NCBI GenBank assembly: GCA_964445435.1
Contig: CAYUKU010000007.1
Coordinates: forward strand, 3,653 to 67,652
Length of the DNA: 64,000 bases
Direction of reading: 5' to 3'
Origin: an uncultured Gammaproteobacteria bacterium
Lineage (GTDB): Bacteria > Patescibacteriota > Microgenomatia > UBA10105 > UBA927
Position numbers and translations under genes: made by a program. The notes beneath the pieces are model-generated. The model did not search any database. It had not been told where the DNA came from and was given only the letters and a program-made list of their open reading frames with translations. Shown in pieces: positions 46,383 through 56,518 of this stretch; the stretch's first letter is position 1; every line of letters starts with the position of its first letter.

Positions 46383-46690
46383 GGAACACTCTCCTGAAAA
46401 TAAGATAGACACGCCTCAAAGAACACGAGTCGTGTGCTTCATTGGCGCGTCTATGTTCATTCGTTCGGTTGGAAAAGAGCAAATCCTGATCGTCAGTCTG
46501 CCCCGCATTGTGAGGTAGATGACAAAACAAGACCCATAGTATATAATTTGATGTTTGACAACGCAAGTGGCATACAGTTGTATACGGAAATAGCATATTC
46601 TGTATCTGTCTCTAGGGTGGAAGAAGGGGGAAAATGTACGATCGTATCCAAAGGCGCCACGCGCCTACTTGTTTATCGTCTGGAGGACGT

Positions 46691-47209
46691 ATGAAAAGTA
46701 CCTTCACTGTTGGTGCAGTGGTCTTGCTTTTACTGGCTATGACCTCGTGTCTCCCACAACCTGCGCAGGCGCAACCGCCCGCAGAGGAAAATTCAATGGT
46801 CAACAATGCCGCTGAGGCTGTCGTTGTCGCGCCCATTCCCGCGGACACGCCAACATCTGTCCCATCGCAGATCCCTGAGCCGACTCCGGTCGTCCCAGGA
46901 GTGAAAGCAACGGGAACGATCACCCAGGATGGCGAGCAGGCAGTGCTTCGCCTGCTTTTGGTTAATACCTCGACTGGTTCGCTTCTTTTTAGCAAACAGC
47001 AGTTTATTGTGAAGGTGGGGGGCGAAACTGCCTGCAATGCGGAAACGAATTCAGCAGAAGTGTTCTGCGTGATCAAGGTGAAACCCGTCACGTCAGTGAC
47101 ACTGAAGGTCAATGATTTGACCACAGGCGACCGATGCACCATGGAATTTCCCGACGTTTACCCAAGTCCCGATGGGACGAAAATCGAGGCGCGCTGCGTC
47201 TACGAGTGA
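46691..47209 (+). CDS. secreted/lipoprotein-like hypothetical protein
   Basis: The signal peptide is MKSTFTVGAVVLLLLAMTSC, a GGAGG RBS is present and a terminator follows. Confidence 0.5.
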   Translation: MKSTFTVGAVVLLLLAMTSCLPQPAQAQPPAEENSMVNNAAEAVVVAPIPADTPTSVPSQIPEPTPVVPGVKATGTITQDGEQAVLRLLLVNTSTGSLLFSKQQFIVKVGGETACNAETNSAEVFCVIKVKPVTSVTLKVNDLTTGDRCTMEFPDVYPSPDGTKIEARCVYE

Positions 47210-47224
47210 TGAGTCGGGGAAAAT

Positions 47225-47260
47225 GCCCGGATTTGGAATGTACGCCATCCGGGCTTTTTT
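47225..47260 (+). terminator. Rho-independent terminator (GCCCGGAT...ATCCGGGC TTTTTT)
   Basis: Read directly. Confidence 0.7.
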
Positions 47261-47270
47261 GTGGGAAAGT

Positions 47271-47346
47271 TGGTCGGGACGGGCAGACTTGAACTGCCGA
47301 CCTCACGGTCCCGAACCGTGCGTTCTACCAACTGAACTACGTCCCG
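47271..47346 (-). tRNA. tRNA-Pro (anticodon CGG), CCA encoded
   Basis: The cloverleaf was folded manually. It has a 7-bp acceptor stem, D-arm GTTC/GAAC, anticodon stem CACGG/CCGTG, anticodon loop TTCGGGA and T-arm GGCAG-TTCAAGT-CTGCC. Confidence 0.75.
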
Positions 47347-47422
47347 TTATGTTGGTATTCTAACATAAAACCAGCTACAATTATTGGCGCGGTCGGGAAA
47401 AATCGCTCGGTTTGTCCCGGAT

Positions 47423-47494
47423 GTCCCCGTAGCTCAACGGATAGAGCAGAGGTTTCCTAAACCTCCGATGTAGGTTCAATTCCTACCGGGGATA
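47423..47494 (+). tRNA. tRNA-Arg (anticodon CCT)
   Basis: The cloverleaf was folded manually. The D-arm is GCTC/GAGC, the anticodon loop TTCCTAA and the T-arm GTAGG-TTCAATT-CCTAC. No CCA is encoded. Confidence 0.7.
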
Positions 47495-47515
47495 CTGATT
47501 TTCTTTCGTAACACT

Positions 47516-47968
47516 ATGAACATGGAGGCCGACGCATTGTTACAAAGCGCGATAGTCGCAGAGCCGCAAGAGGTGGATCCTCAGTTATTTGATGATCCGG
47601 CGACGAAAATTCTCGTGCTGTGCCATCACGCTCAAAGCAGAAGCAAAATGGTGGGCCGTATTCTTGACGACCTTGGTTATACAAGTGTGAACATCTTAGG
47701 GATTCGTGATCCGGCAACGACACGCACAGATCAGCTGGAGCTCATGAGGCAGGCAGCCATCATTATATCCACTGGAAAAGATATAACGGCCGAAACAAAA
47801 TATTATCTGAAGGATCATCAGCATGGAGTCATTATGGAGGTCCCATTCACCGAGCGTGAACATGCGCGGATTGTTGTTACCCAGGGTCGGGATAAAGAAT
47901 TGAAGCAACGAGTGAAAGATCGGGTTCTTCAATTAGGATTTCACGATGTGCATAAGAAGTCGGATTGA
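47516..47968 (+). CDS. hypothetical protein with CX5R(S) phosphatase-like motif (LMW-PTP/ArsC-like?)
   Basis: 'ILVLCHHAQSRSKMV' resembles the LMW-PTP P-loop V-C-x-G-N-x-C-R-S. This is a weak call. Confidence 0.3.
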   Translation: MNMEADALLQSAIVAEPQEVDPQLFDDPATKILVLCHHAQSRSKMVGRILDDLGYTSVNILGIRDPATTRTDQLELMRQAAIIISTGKDITAETKYYLKDHQHGVIMEVPFTEREHARIVVTQGRDKELKQRVKDRVLQLGFHDVHKKSD

Positions 47969-48031
47969 ATCATTAAGATACTTATAGCTATTATTTGATA
48001 TTGTCTAAACACGGGTATATAATTCCGCATC

Positions 48032-48724
48032 ATGGTCCTCGACGAAACAAGACATTACATTCACAAAGCCCAGGCGTTTCTCGCAAAGACCGAAGGGGAG
48101 CCGGGAGATTTCGTCGAAACTGCGCTTCGGGACTGGCAGAAAGCCCAATCACTCACCGAGCCTCACACATTCGTCATGCAGATCGGCAGATCGCACGGAT
48201 CTGCGCTTTGGGCTGTCTTGGCAATTGAACTTACCTCAGCGTCAAAGGCGTTTCAGGCATCACGTCCGACGATCCAGTGCACGATCCCGCTTCACGAAGG
48301 AACGAAGCCATACGCTGATCATGAAAAAGGAATACCATGGATGGCAAGGGCAAATCGAAAGGCACTCCTTGATCTGGAGACAGACGCGTCACCTGCCAGA
48401 GTAGATGCCGTGAAAGCATACGGTGCGATGAGTTTGATGCACAATGCTACATATGGTCCGTTTCATGCATCGACTTCGGGTGGCGGGTATGGAGATTTTT
48501 CGCTTCATATTTCTGAAGCACAGTGGACGGTGTTCCCGGATAGCTTCACGATCGCCTTTGCCCAGACACGCGGCAGGAATGAATTGAGTGTCGCCCGAAC
48601 GAACCTATTCGTAGCCTCGGCCCTCTATGGAAGCATCACCCTCGAAGAAACATTTTCCTTCTCGTTCATGCCCGCTGACCGGGATCTCCTCGTGCGCGAA
48701 GCGGCGCCAATTAGCGCAAGTTGA
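48032..48724 (+). CDS. hypothetical protein, 230 aa
   Basis: ORF only. Confidence 0.4.
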   Translation: MVLDETRHYIHKAQAFLAKTEGEPGDFVETALRDWQKAQSLTEPHTFVMQIGRSHGSALWAVLAIELTSASKAFQASRPTIQCTIPLHEGTKPYADHEKGIPWMARANRKALLDLETDASPARVDAVKAYGAMSLMHNATYGPFHASTSGGGYGDFSLHISEAQWTVFPDSFTIAFAQTRGRNELSVARTNLFVASALYGSITLEETFSFSFMPADRDLLVREAAPISAS

Positions 48725-49997
48725 CGCTGTAAAGATTGGGAAGCGTGCTGACTCCCGGATTGAGATTGGTCATAATGACGATGCGAGAGCCATTGCTCCA
48801 CGGCGCCACAAATCCATCCGAGAGCGGTCCTGCATAGACCGTCACCCAGTTGGTGCGGTCATACTCCATGATATCGATCTTCCCGGGAAGGGTAAGAAGA
48901 ATATGCCGACTCGTGGGGAACCAGTGGATAAAGGGCGAGCCTTGGGTCGTAATGTCGGGAATTGACATCGTTTTCGGCGTCGAGGTTGGCTTGCGGGTTG
49001 GCGCCGGCGTGACTTTCGCCGATGGGAGCTCTTTCTTGTCCAGGATGAAGAAATTTTTGTCTTCTTTGCTGTCATAGACATAGAATGATCCGGGTTTGAT
49101 ATCGCGGGTTTCTTGGGTTGAGTTTGTTCCTATAAGAGGCGGATTGATCACCATTGGTATGGTTGCGGCGGCAGTCGCTTCATAGAGCAGTTTGGTCTCG
49201 TCGGGAGAAAGGGAGATAACTTTAGCACTCGACGTGGCGATATCGATAATCGGCTGTTTGAATGCGGCCAATCTCTGACGGTCCTTGATAATACGCTCTT
49301 CTTCCCAATCCGTCAGGAGTGTTTTATAGGTAGCAGTCGCCTGGATACTTTTGCCAGGCTCATTGACGTCAAAGATGCGGGCACCGAATCCCTTCGTGAT
49401 GGCAAGAATTTGCGTGGAATCCGGCGACCAGGTGAGCGTAGCCGTGCTTACGTCAAACGTATCATCAAGCAGCGCAAGCTGGATGGGATCGCGGTTTCGC
49501 CCAAGAGGTGCGTCTGAGAGCGCGTAGACCCACAGGCCGGCCTTCTTCGTGAGGCCGTTGTCCAGGTGTCCTTTGGGGATCGTGTAGGCGATCTTGCTGC
49601 CGTCAGGCGACAAAATGGGATTCTGGATGCCCAGCGTCGTGAGCGGCGAGAGGCTCGGATTGGTGGGAAACAGAAACGCGTCAGCGCGGGCTACGATTTC
49701 TCCCTGGACGCGCAGTTTCTTTTGCCAGGGAATGTAGCCTTCTTTAGAGATTGTGACGCTGTACCACCCGGGGTCGACGGCAAACGAATTATTGGTCGCG
49801 GTTTTGAGTGTTCCTTCTATGAAGACTTGGGCGCCCACCGGGTCACTGGTGGCGGAGATAAGGCCGGTCGGTTTGAATCCGCTTTTGGTGACGTCGACGC
49901 GGTAACCCCGGCCGTAGGCAATGACCGCGAGAGAAACTCCAAGAATGGAACATAAAGTAACAAATGGGATCAAAAAGGATCTGATTTTGGCCACCAT
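48711..49997 (-). CDS. membrane-anchored PEGA domain + TolB-like beta-propeller protein
   Basis: There is an N-terminal TM helix. The PEGA-like stretch is 'QVFIEGTLKTATNNSFAVDPGWYSVTISKEGYIPW'. The propeller blade motifs 'LSPDGSKIAY', 'WSPDSTQILA' and 'LSPDETKLLY' recur. Confidence 0.55.
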   Translation of the reverse strand: MVAKIRSFLIPFVTLCSILGVSLAVIAYGRGYRVDVTKSGFKPTGLISATSDPVGAQVFIEGTLKTATNNSFAVDPGWYSVTISKEGYIPWQKKLRVQGEIVARADAFLFPTNPSLSPLTTLGIQNPILSPDGSKIAYTIPKGHLDNGLTKKAGLWVYALSDAPLGRNRDPIQLALLDDTFDVSTATLTWSPDSTQILAITKGFGARIFDVNEPGKSIQATATYKTLLTDWEEERIIKDRQRLAAFKQPIIDIATSSAKVISLSPDETKLLYEATAAATIPMVINPPLIGTNSTQETRDIKPGSFYVYDSKEDKNFFILDKKELPSAKVTPAPTRKPTSTPKTMSIPDITTQGSPFIHWFPTSRHILLTLPGKIDIMEYDRTNWVTVYAGPLSDGFVAPWSNGSRIVIMTNLNPGVSTLPNLYSVNLR

Positions 49998-50070
49998 GTC
50001 TCGGTATTATACCAGCGAGTATGCTAGAATACCAACACTCTCTGTTTGGGTAATTTTCCAAGCAAATAGT

Positions 50071-51105
50071 ATGTTGAACAGATTCACGAAACGCATTGGT
50101 ATAGACCTAGGTACCGCGAATAGTTTGGTTTGGCTGGCCGGCGAGGGGGTCGTCATGAATGAGCCCACAGTTGTAGCCGTGACGGTCGACGACAACCGTG
50201 TGGTTGCAGTAGGAAACGAGGCTAAGGAGATGCTTGGGCGCACTCCCGGAAACATCATGGCCACGCGTCCGATGCGCGACGGGGTGATTGCCGATTATCG
50301 CATCACAGAGGCCCTTCTTTCGTATTTCATCGACAGGGTGGCGGGCCGGAATCGCTTCTTCAAGCCCGAAGTGATGATCTGCGTCCCCAGTGGGGTGACG
50401 CAGGTAGAGCGTAGGGCTGTTCTGGATGCCACGCTTTCTGCTGGTGCGCGCGTGGCGTATCTTATAGAGGAGCCGCTTGCTGCGGCCATAGGCGCCAAAA
50501 TTCCCATCGCCCAGGCCTCAGGCCATATGATTGTCGATATCGGCGGCGGATCGACTGAGGCGGCAGTCGTGTCTCTCGGGGGCGTCGTGGTGCACAAAAG
50601 CGCCCGTGTGGCAGGAAACAAGCTGGACGAGGCTATCGCACTGGCTATCAAGAAGAAGCACAACCTCATCATTGGCGAACGGATGGCCGAGACGATAAAA
50701 ATAACCATCGGCGACGCGATGGGTGGCGATTCATCAACTCGTCTGGAAGGGGCGGTTGAGACGATGGAGGTTCGCGGGCGGGACGCCGTGACGGGCCTGC
50801 CGCGAATGATCGAGCTTACCCGCGCTGAGGTAACCGAGGCGATCGCTCCCGTGCTTCATCAGATCATCGGGGCCGTGAAGGACGTGCTGGAAAATACGCC
50901 TCCGGAGCTTGCTGCCGATATCATTGACAAAGGAATCGTGATGGCCGGAGGCACGAGTCAACTCACGAACTTGGATCGTCTTATGACCCGGGAGACGGGG
51001 GTCGTGTGTCATGTGGCAGACGAACCGCTTCTGTGTGTTGTCCGCGGGACGGGGGTGGCGATAGAAAATATCGAATTATACAAGCGGAGTGTGAATAGAA
51101 AGTAG
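50071..51105 (+). CDS. mreB: rod shape-determining protein MreB
   Basis: 'IGIDLGTANSLV', 'MIVDIGGGSTE' and the actin-fold motifs are present. The start was chosen at MLNRFTK. Confidence 0.9.
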   Translation: MLNRFTKRIGIDLGTANSLVWLAGEGVVMNEPTVVAVTVDDNRVVAVGNEAKEMLGRTPGNIMATRPMRDGVIADYRITEALLSYFIDRVAGRNRFFKPEVMICVPSGVTQVERRAVLDATLSAGARVAYLIEEPLAAAIGAKIPIAQASGHMIVDIGGGSTEAAVVSLGGVVVHKSARVAGNKLDEAIALAIKKKHNLIIGERMAETIKITIGDAMGGDSSTRLEGAVETMEVRGRDAVTGLPRMIELTRAEVTEAIAPVLHQIIGAVKDVLENTPPELAADIIDKGIVMAGGTSQLTNLDRLMTRETGVVCHVADEPLLCVVRGTGVAIENIELYKRSVNRK

Positions 51106-51237
51106 TATAGTCCTATAGAGAGAAAATATCGACAAATTTTGAGAAAATAAAATAAATTGTCGAGAAGAGAAAATTATATCCTAGAGTAATTATTTTTTGA
51201 TTCAGAACTTTCAGAAACATATCACAATTATTTTATT

Positions 51238-52119
51238 ATGAGCTTATCTGCGGTAAAAATACTGGGAATAAAGGTCACTAATTCTCCGAAAAAAGAAATC
51301 CTAGAAGAAATCGAGAAAGGACTTCATTTCGACCGGAAAATCGACCGGTCCGTGTCCGGAAAAACAGGGAAAATCTTCTTTGTTGTGACCCCGAATCCCG
51401 AGCAAATCGTTCTCGCCCAAAAGGATTCCGGATATAGAAAAATTCTCAATTGGGCCAATGTGGCGCTCCCGGATGGTGATGGTCTCGTGTGGGCCGGGTG
51501 GAAATTGGCGCAGGGAAATCGGAGGAGAAGAGAGAGGCCTATAACACAGGCGATCCATGGGGTAGAGTTTATGGACAACTTGGTGGACATGGCGGCAAAA
51601 CGGCGCGTTCCAATAGCACTTATCGGCGGTTACGGTGATTTAGCAGTCGATACACTCAAGTGCTTACAGGTGTCACATAAAGGTCTGACAGGGGTGGCGC
51701 TTAAGGCTCCGATGATGAAAGTGGCGGATGGGTATTTGAAAATAGAGCATCAGGACGATATTTCCGGATATTTCCAGACGACAGCCCGTACAATCGCCGA
51801 CAGCGGCGCGAAAATGGTCTTTATTGCCCTCGGTGCTCCGAAACAGGAGTATTATATGAAGGCGTTAGCAGACGAGTTGGAGAAAGTGACAAAAGTTCCC
51901 GTGCTTCTCATGGTCGTTGGCGGATCCTTCAGCATCATAACCGGACAGATTCCGCGAGCGCCACGTTCCTTCCGCCGGTTTCGGATTCCGTTTTTCGGAA
52001 ACGCGATTGGCGGCGAGTGGTTGTGGCGCCTTATCCGCGAGCCGTGGCGCTTTCGTCGACAGCTGGCGTTGGTGGAATTTGTTTTTCTGGTCCAGAAAGA
52101 GCGCTTCCTATCGCGCTAA
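51238..52119 (+). CDS. WecB/TagA/CpsF family (GT26) glycosyltransferase
   Basis: 'VVTPNPEQIV' and 'ALPDGDGLVWAG' are signature motifs of this family. The stop codon lies in the arm of a REP-A copy. Confidence 0.7.
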   Translation: MSLSAVKILGIKVTNSPKKEILEEIEKGLHFDRKIDRSVSGKTGKIFFVVTPNPEQIVLAQKDSGYRKILNWANVALPDGDGLVWAGWKLAQGNRRRRERPITQAIHGVEFMDNLVDMAAKRRVPIALIGGYGDLAVDTLKCLQVSHKGLTGVALKAPMMKVADGYLKIEHQDDISGYFQTTARTIADSGAKMVFIALGAPKQEYYMKALADELEKVTKVPVLLMVVGGSFSIITGQIPRAPRSFRRFRIPFFGNAIGGEWLWRLIREPWRFRRQLALVEFVFLVQKERFLSR

Positions 52120-52124
52120 ATACG

Positions 52125-52143
52125 TTCAAAGCTTAGCTTTGAA
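52125..52143. repeat. REP-A copy abutting the GT26 stop codon
   Basis: Read directly. Confidence 0.8.
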
Positions 52144-52368
52144 ATGATTTCTTATTCTTCAGTTTGTAGATATAGTTTTCTTGTAAATAAATATATTTAG
52201 ATATATAAAGTATCAATAAAGTACTTGAAAAACTTTTTTAGGCTTGTTTGATATGTCAAACATAATCAAATATATACAAAAAGAGCACCGGATGGAGAGT
52301 TGTCAACACAGGCGATCGCCTGGGCTCCAAAGAACGGCGCTCTTCGTGCAGCGTTGAATGAATGTGCG

Positions 52369-52623
52369 TTATGAGTCGGGATCCTGCTCGTCAGGGAGGT
52401 TGAATCCCCGGTGCCGCGAATGGGCGCCCACTTCGGCTGGTGTGAGGAGGTAAACAAACTCGACGGAGGCAAGCTCCATATAGCCGAGCTCTTCGCCGTG
52501 GTCGCAGACCAATGTAGCGGTCTGTTCTTCCGGGTCTACCCGCCAGACGCTTGCGTCTTCACCGTGTTCGATGGTGAAGAAATCCCCTTCTTTCAATGAT
52601 TCTGATGATACGTGTGTTGACAT
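52369..52623 (-). CDS. small acidic hypothetical protein (84 aa)
   Basis: ORF only. Confidence 0.25.
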   Translation of the reverse strand: MSTHVSSESLKEGDFFTIEHGEDASVWRVDPEEQTATLVCDHGEELGYMELASVEFVYLLTPAEVGAHSRHRGFNLPDEQDPDS

Positions 52624-52960
52624 TTCCTTTTACCTCAAAAATAATTTCCCTCGCCCTTTGGTATAGTTTGGATGCCCGTTTCGTCATCCAGAGCGAAGGC
52701 TACGGGGGTTATGCCTGCCAGACGCGCGTCGATCGTCGACGCCATAGAAGCGGATTGCGGCAAGTGAAAAAAATCGCGAATACCAGTCGGCTTTGCGCGA
52801 CGCAAAACCCTGGTCGCCTCATCGGCGCCCTACCGTGGAGGTGGGAGATTCGCTATGGCCTATAATATCATAATTAGACGGTAAGATCAAGCTATTTTTG
52901 CGTTCTTCTACCACACTGGATATAATGCACTCTAAAGGCGCTGGGGGGGCGCGATCACGA

Positions 52961-54193
52961 ATGAAAATCATGTTCCTCTATATGTTCCCTTTATGGGGCA
53001 ATGGGTCAGGCGCCTGGCTTCGGGCACTTGCTGCCGAAATGGTGAAAGACGGCAATGAGGTCGCAATCGTCTCCCCGGAACACCGCACGCTCCCGGGCAT
53101 CAAGCATTACCTCGTCACGCCGCCTCAGATGGGAGTATTTGTGGGCAACCCGGAGCTGCCGGATATCAAAAAATACGAGGACATGAGCGGGGTAGAATTG
53201 GGGAAAATATACACCGCGTATATTAACGCCACGCTTGCGGCGGTCAAGGACTTCCAGCCGGAGATTATCCACGCGTTCCACACAGCGTTCCTTCCTCCGG
53301 TTGCCCGTATCGCCAAAATTATGTATGGGACACGGTATGTGGTGACGACGCACGGGAGCGACCTTCACTACCTCAACCGCGACCGGCGGCTCGTGGGGCT
53401 TATCCGCGATGCATTGGATGTTTCTGCCGCCATCACGGCCAACAGTGCTTTCACCAGGCGGTGGTTTCTCAAAATGTTCGGTCCGCAATTCGACCGCAAA
53501 CTGCGCACAATCCCGGGTGGCGTCTATCTTGATGAGTATAAGCGCGACGCGGCGATGATTGCGCAGATGAATGAAAAATACGACCTGAAAGGCAAGAAAG
53601 TCGTCCTCTTCACCGGCCGCCTCACGCCGCAGAAAGGCGTGGATTACCTCATCCGTGCGGCCAAAAACATCCATGGCGAGGTGCTTATCCTCGGCGACGG
53701 GCCGGAGCGTCCGAAACTGGAAAAACTCATTACCGACCTGAAAGTTGCCAACTGCCGCATCCTGGGCTATATGAGCCCGAAAGAACAAGTGAACTTCAAA
53801 GCGTTCTACGCCCGCGCTGACGTGTATGTGGCGCCGTCTACCTGGAAAGAGCCGCTCGGACTCGTCATCCTCGAGGCGATGGCCGCCAAAACACCTGTTG
53901 TTTCCACACGCGCAGGAGGCGTCATGAGCCTCATTAAGGACGGCTATAACGGGTATCTCGTTCATGTGAAGCGAAGTGATGAAATTGCATCACGGGTGAA
54001 TGAGCTTCTGGGAAATGATAAATTGCGCGAAAAGATGGCAGAGCGCTCTTATGAGCTTGTGGTTAAGAAGTTTACGTGGGGCAAAATTGCCGAACAGTTT
54101 GAGTCTATCTACAAAAAGTACGCTTCCAACACCAAAGAATACCTGCGCCTGGTGAAGGCAGGGGTGCAGAAGGCAAACGGGCAAAGCAAATAA
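52961..54193 (+). CDS. GT4 family glycosyltransferase
   Basis: 'EPLGLVILEAMAAKTPVVSTRAGG' matches the GT4 E-x7-E region. Two Rossmann halves are evident. Confidence 0.8.
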   Translation: MKIMFLYMFPLWGNGSGAWLRALAAEMVKDGNEVAIVSPEHRTLPGIKHYLVTPPQMGVFVGNPELPDIKKYEDMSGVELGKIYTAYINATLAAVKDFQPEIIHAFHTAFLPPVARIAKIMYGTRYVVTTHGSDLHYLNRDRRLVGLIRDALDVSAAITANSAFTRRWFLKMFGPQFDRKLRTIPGGVYLDEYKRDAAMIAQMNEKYDLKGKKVVLFTGRLTPQKGVDYLIRAAKNIHGEVLILGDGPERPKLEKLITDLKVANCRILGYMSPKEQVNFKAFYARADVYVAPSTWKEPLGLVILEAMAAKTPVVSTRAGGVMSLIKDGYNGYLVHVKRSDEIASRVNELLGNDKLREKMAERSYELVVKKFTWGKIAEQFESIYKKYASNTKEYLRLVKAGVQKANGQSK

Positions 54194-54236
54194 TTTTCAG
54201 ATTGCGCCCGTCCATAGGAGAGAGTAGCATGGATAT

Positions 54237-55232
54237 ATGGTAGGCGTGTCTATCGTCATCCCGACGTTTCAACGGATTGATCAGACCCTCAGAACGATCG
54301 AGTTCCTCCTGTCCTCTGCTGGACGCGGATCGTCATTTGATCTGGAGGTGATCGTGGCTGACAGCACGCCGGACATGTCGCTTCGCGACGCGATTTTTAC
54401 CAAATATCAGAAAAATATTCTCTACGTCCGCCCCGATGCGCCGGGCATCGCCGCCAATAAAAACGCCGGAGCAAAAGTTGCCAAACATCCGCTCATTATC
54501 TTCTGTGATTCCGATATCGAGGTGGATCCGGGAACGGTGCTTCATACGGTCGAGTCACTCAAGAGTCACACTACTGCTTCGGCGGTAAGCGGAGTGGTTG
54601 TCTGGCGGGGAGGACCGCACGACGGCGAGTACGACCGGCCCAGACCGGAAGACCGCATGAAGCTTGTGGCCCCCACCACCTATACGGAGGCCATCTATTC
54701 GCGCTATATGGCAACTTACAAGGATGTCTTCACGGCCGTCGGCGGATATGATGAGATCGTGTTTAACATGCGCGGAGAGGGATCTGATCTTTCTGCGCGG
54801 TATTGGCGGGCCGGGTATCCTCTCGTGTATGACAGTGATATCATCGTCCATCATGTTCATGACGCGCCCGATTCTGCGGCGCTTCGGGTAGATCATCCGG
54901 AGTGGGATATCGCCAAGGATCTCTTGCTGCTGGCCTACAAATACAACATGTTTGACCGGGACTATCCCGCGTTTGCCTCGACGGTTGCCATGAACTTCGT
55001 GACGTTCGGAAATAGAAGTACATACCGGTTCATGCAGGGAATAGGGAAGCATGCGGAGCTTCTGGTGAAAGCCAAACCGATTCTGGATGCGTTCCGGTCG
55101 GCGGATAAGCCGGTGTATGATTTCAAATTCTTGGAAGTGTTCTCTCAGGCGAAACTGTTTGAGGAGTGTATCGGAAGTGCCGCCAAGCGCCTCGAGGCCG
55201 TGCGCGCTGCCACGTTTGGTCAGAACGGTTGA
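54237..55232 (+). CDS. GT2 family glycosyltransferase
   Basis: 'VSIVIPTFQRIDQ' and 'FCDSDIEV' (DxD) are present. Confidence 0.7.
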   Translation: MVGVSIVIPTFQRIDQTLRTIEFLLSSAGRGSSFDLEVIVADSTPDMSLRDAIFTKYQKNILYVRPDAPGIAANKNAGAKVAKHPLIIFCDSDIEVDPGTVLHTVESLKSHTTASAVSGVVVWRGGPHDGEYDRPRPEDRMKLVAPTTYTEAIYSRYMATYKDVFTAVGGYDEIVFNMRGEGSDLSARYWRAGYPLVYDSDIIVHHVHDAPDSAALRVDHPEWDIAKDLLLLAYKYNMFDRDYPAFASTVAMNFVTFGNRSTYRFMQGIGKHAELLVKAKPILDAFRSADKPVYDFKFLEVFSQAKLFEECIGSAAKRLEAVRAATFGQNG

Positions 55233-55966
55233 AAGGACGCATTCTCCATGCGGAGATCAAACATCCGCGTGAGTGCTTCGGGACTACGTTCCCCGTTTTG
55301 GAGCATCTCAATTAATGACTCTGCGGCCTCGTTCATGTCGGTTTCTTCAAAGGTGGCCATGAAGTTGAACGTCCCCTGGACATTGCTCCCCGGTGTGCCG
55401 AAGTCGTCCCGTTCCACGATGGTCAGGTGAAGGAGTGCAGGCAGCGACCCGTTGTCATAGCGGGGGATAAATTCAAGCGTGGAGTATACAGCGCTGTCCG
55501 GCCTTTGGAATGTCGTTGTATGGTGATCAGCTACATAGAGACCACTATGCGCACTAATGCTGAATATCGGGTACCCGCCGTACGCAGAGAGGAAGAGGCC
55601 TTGCGAGCTTGAGAAGTGGAGATTGGTTGTGCTGGCCATGAGGCCTGTTTTTATGATTGCCGATTCCCGATGGACGCCCTGAATGTCTATGTTTTGCGGA
55701 TCGGGGGGCATGGCAAGAATATCCAAATGCGCGTGTGCGATGGCGTGGTTTGGTATGTCATGCCAGATGGTTATTCTGGGCGACTCCAAACCCAGGTGTT
55801 CGATAAGGACATCACGGTCGAACTGGAGCGGATTGGGTGATCCGTCAGGCATGGGCGGCATACCTTCTTTTGGCTTGGTGAGGACGAATGAACGAGGATA
55901 CGGCGAATCCGGATAGATATGTATCGTGCTTGCCCGATGAGAATCGCAGTCAATTTCGTTCAGCAT
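55220..55966 (-). CDS. hypothetical protein (248 aa), possible metal-dependent hydrolase
   Basis: It has a His cluster 'HAIAHAHLD' and overlaps the GT2 stop in convergent orientation. This is a weak call. Confidence 0.3.
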   Translation of the reverse strand: MLNEIDCDSHRASTIHIYPDSPYPRSFVLTKPKEGMPPMPDGSPNPLQFDRDVLIEHLGLESPRITIWHDIPNHAIAHAHLDILAMPPDPQNIDIQGVHRESAIIKTGLMASTTNLHFSSSQGLFLSAYGGYPIFSISAHSGLYVADHHTTTFQRPDSAVYSTLEFIPRYDNGSLPALLHLTIVERDDFGTPGSNVQGTFNFMATFEETDMNEAAESLIEMLQNGERSPEALTRMFDLRMENASFQPF

Positions 55967-56518
55967 AGACTTATAGTATATATCAAAATTATAGGATAAT
56001 CAAGATAATGTATACGGAAAACCGGGGGGTAAAATTGTTCTATAATGGCCTATAGCAAGTAGTTTGTGATACAATAAACGGTTACCTATGCAGACGAGAG
56101 AGCGTATCGAATCAAACATTCGGCCGTTGCGCGAGACAGCCAGCTAACTGGAGAGACACCTGGTTCCTGTCGATATCAACGTCGCTTCCTGGCTTGATCG
56201 GGAGTTTGTCAAAGGCCGAGCCCAAGCCGTGGTGGCGGCCATTGAAACGCACGGGGAAACCGCCCGGAAGCTTCACGAGAAGCGTTCCCACTCGAGTGAT
56301 TATGAACATGCAGCGTCTCAGTGGCGCGGCGCGGCTGTTTTATATGCGCCCGAGCGTTGATAGAAGAGATATTCAAAGAAACGACGGTAACAAGCGAAAA
56401 TAAATACGCTATATCACTCCTCTGGGCGCTTGATGCGGTTTTGAAAGTTACAACCCCGAAGCAGAGACTGGTTCCTTGATACCTTTTCTGACTCGCCCAC
56501 TTCTGGTAGTCTTAAGGG

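Noticed and set aside
56194-56403. 69-aa ORF in the spacer between 55220..55966 and the GT4 gene
   Set aside because: It has no RBS and its sequence is compositionally odd. An alternative frame there lacks an ATG start. It is treated as non-coding.
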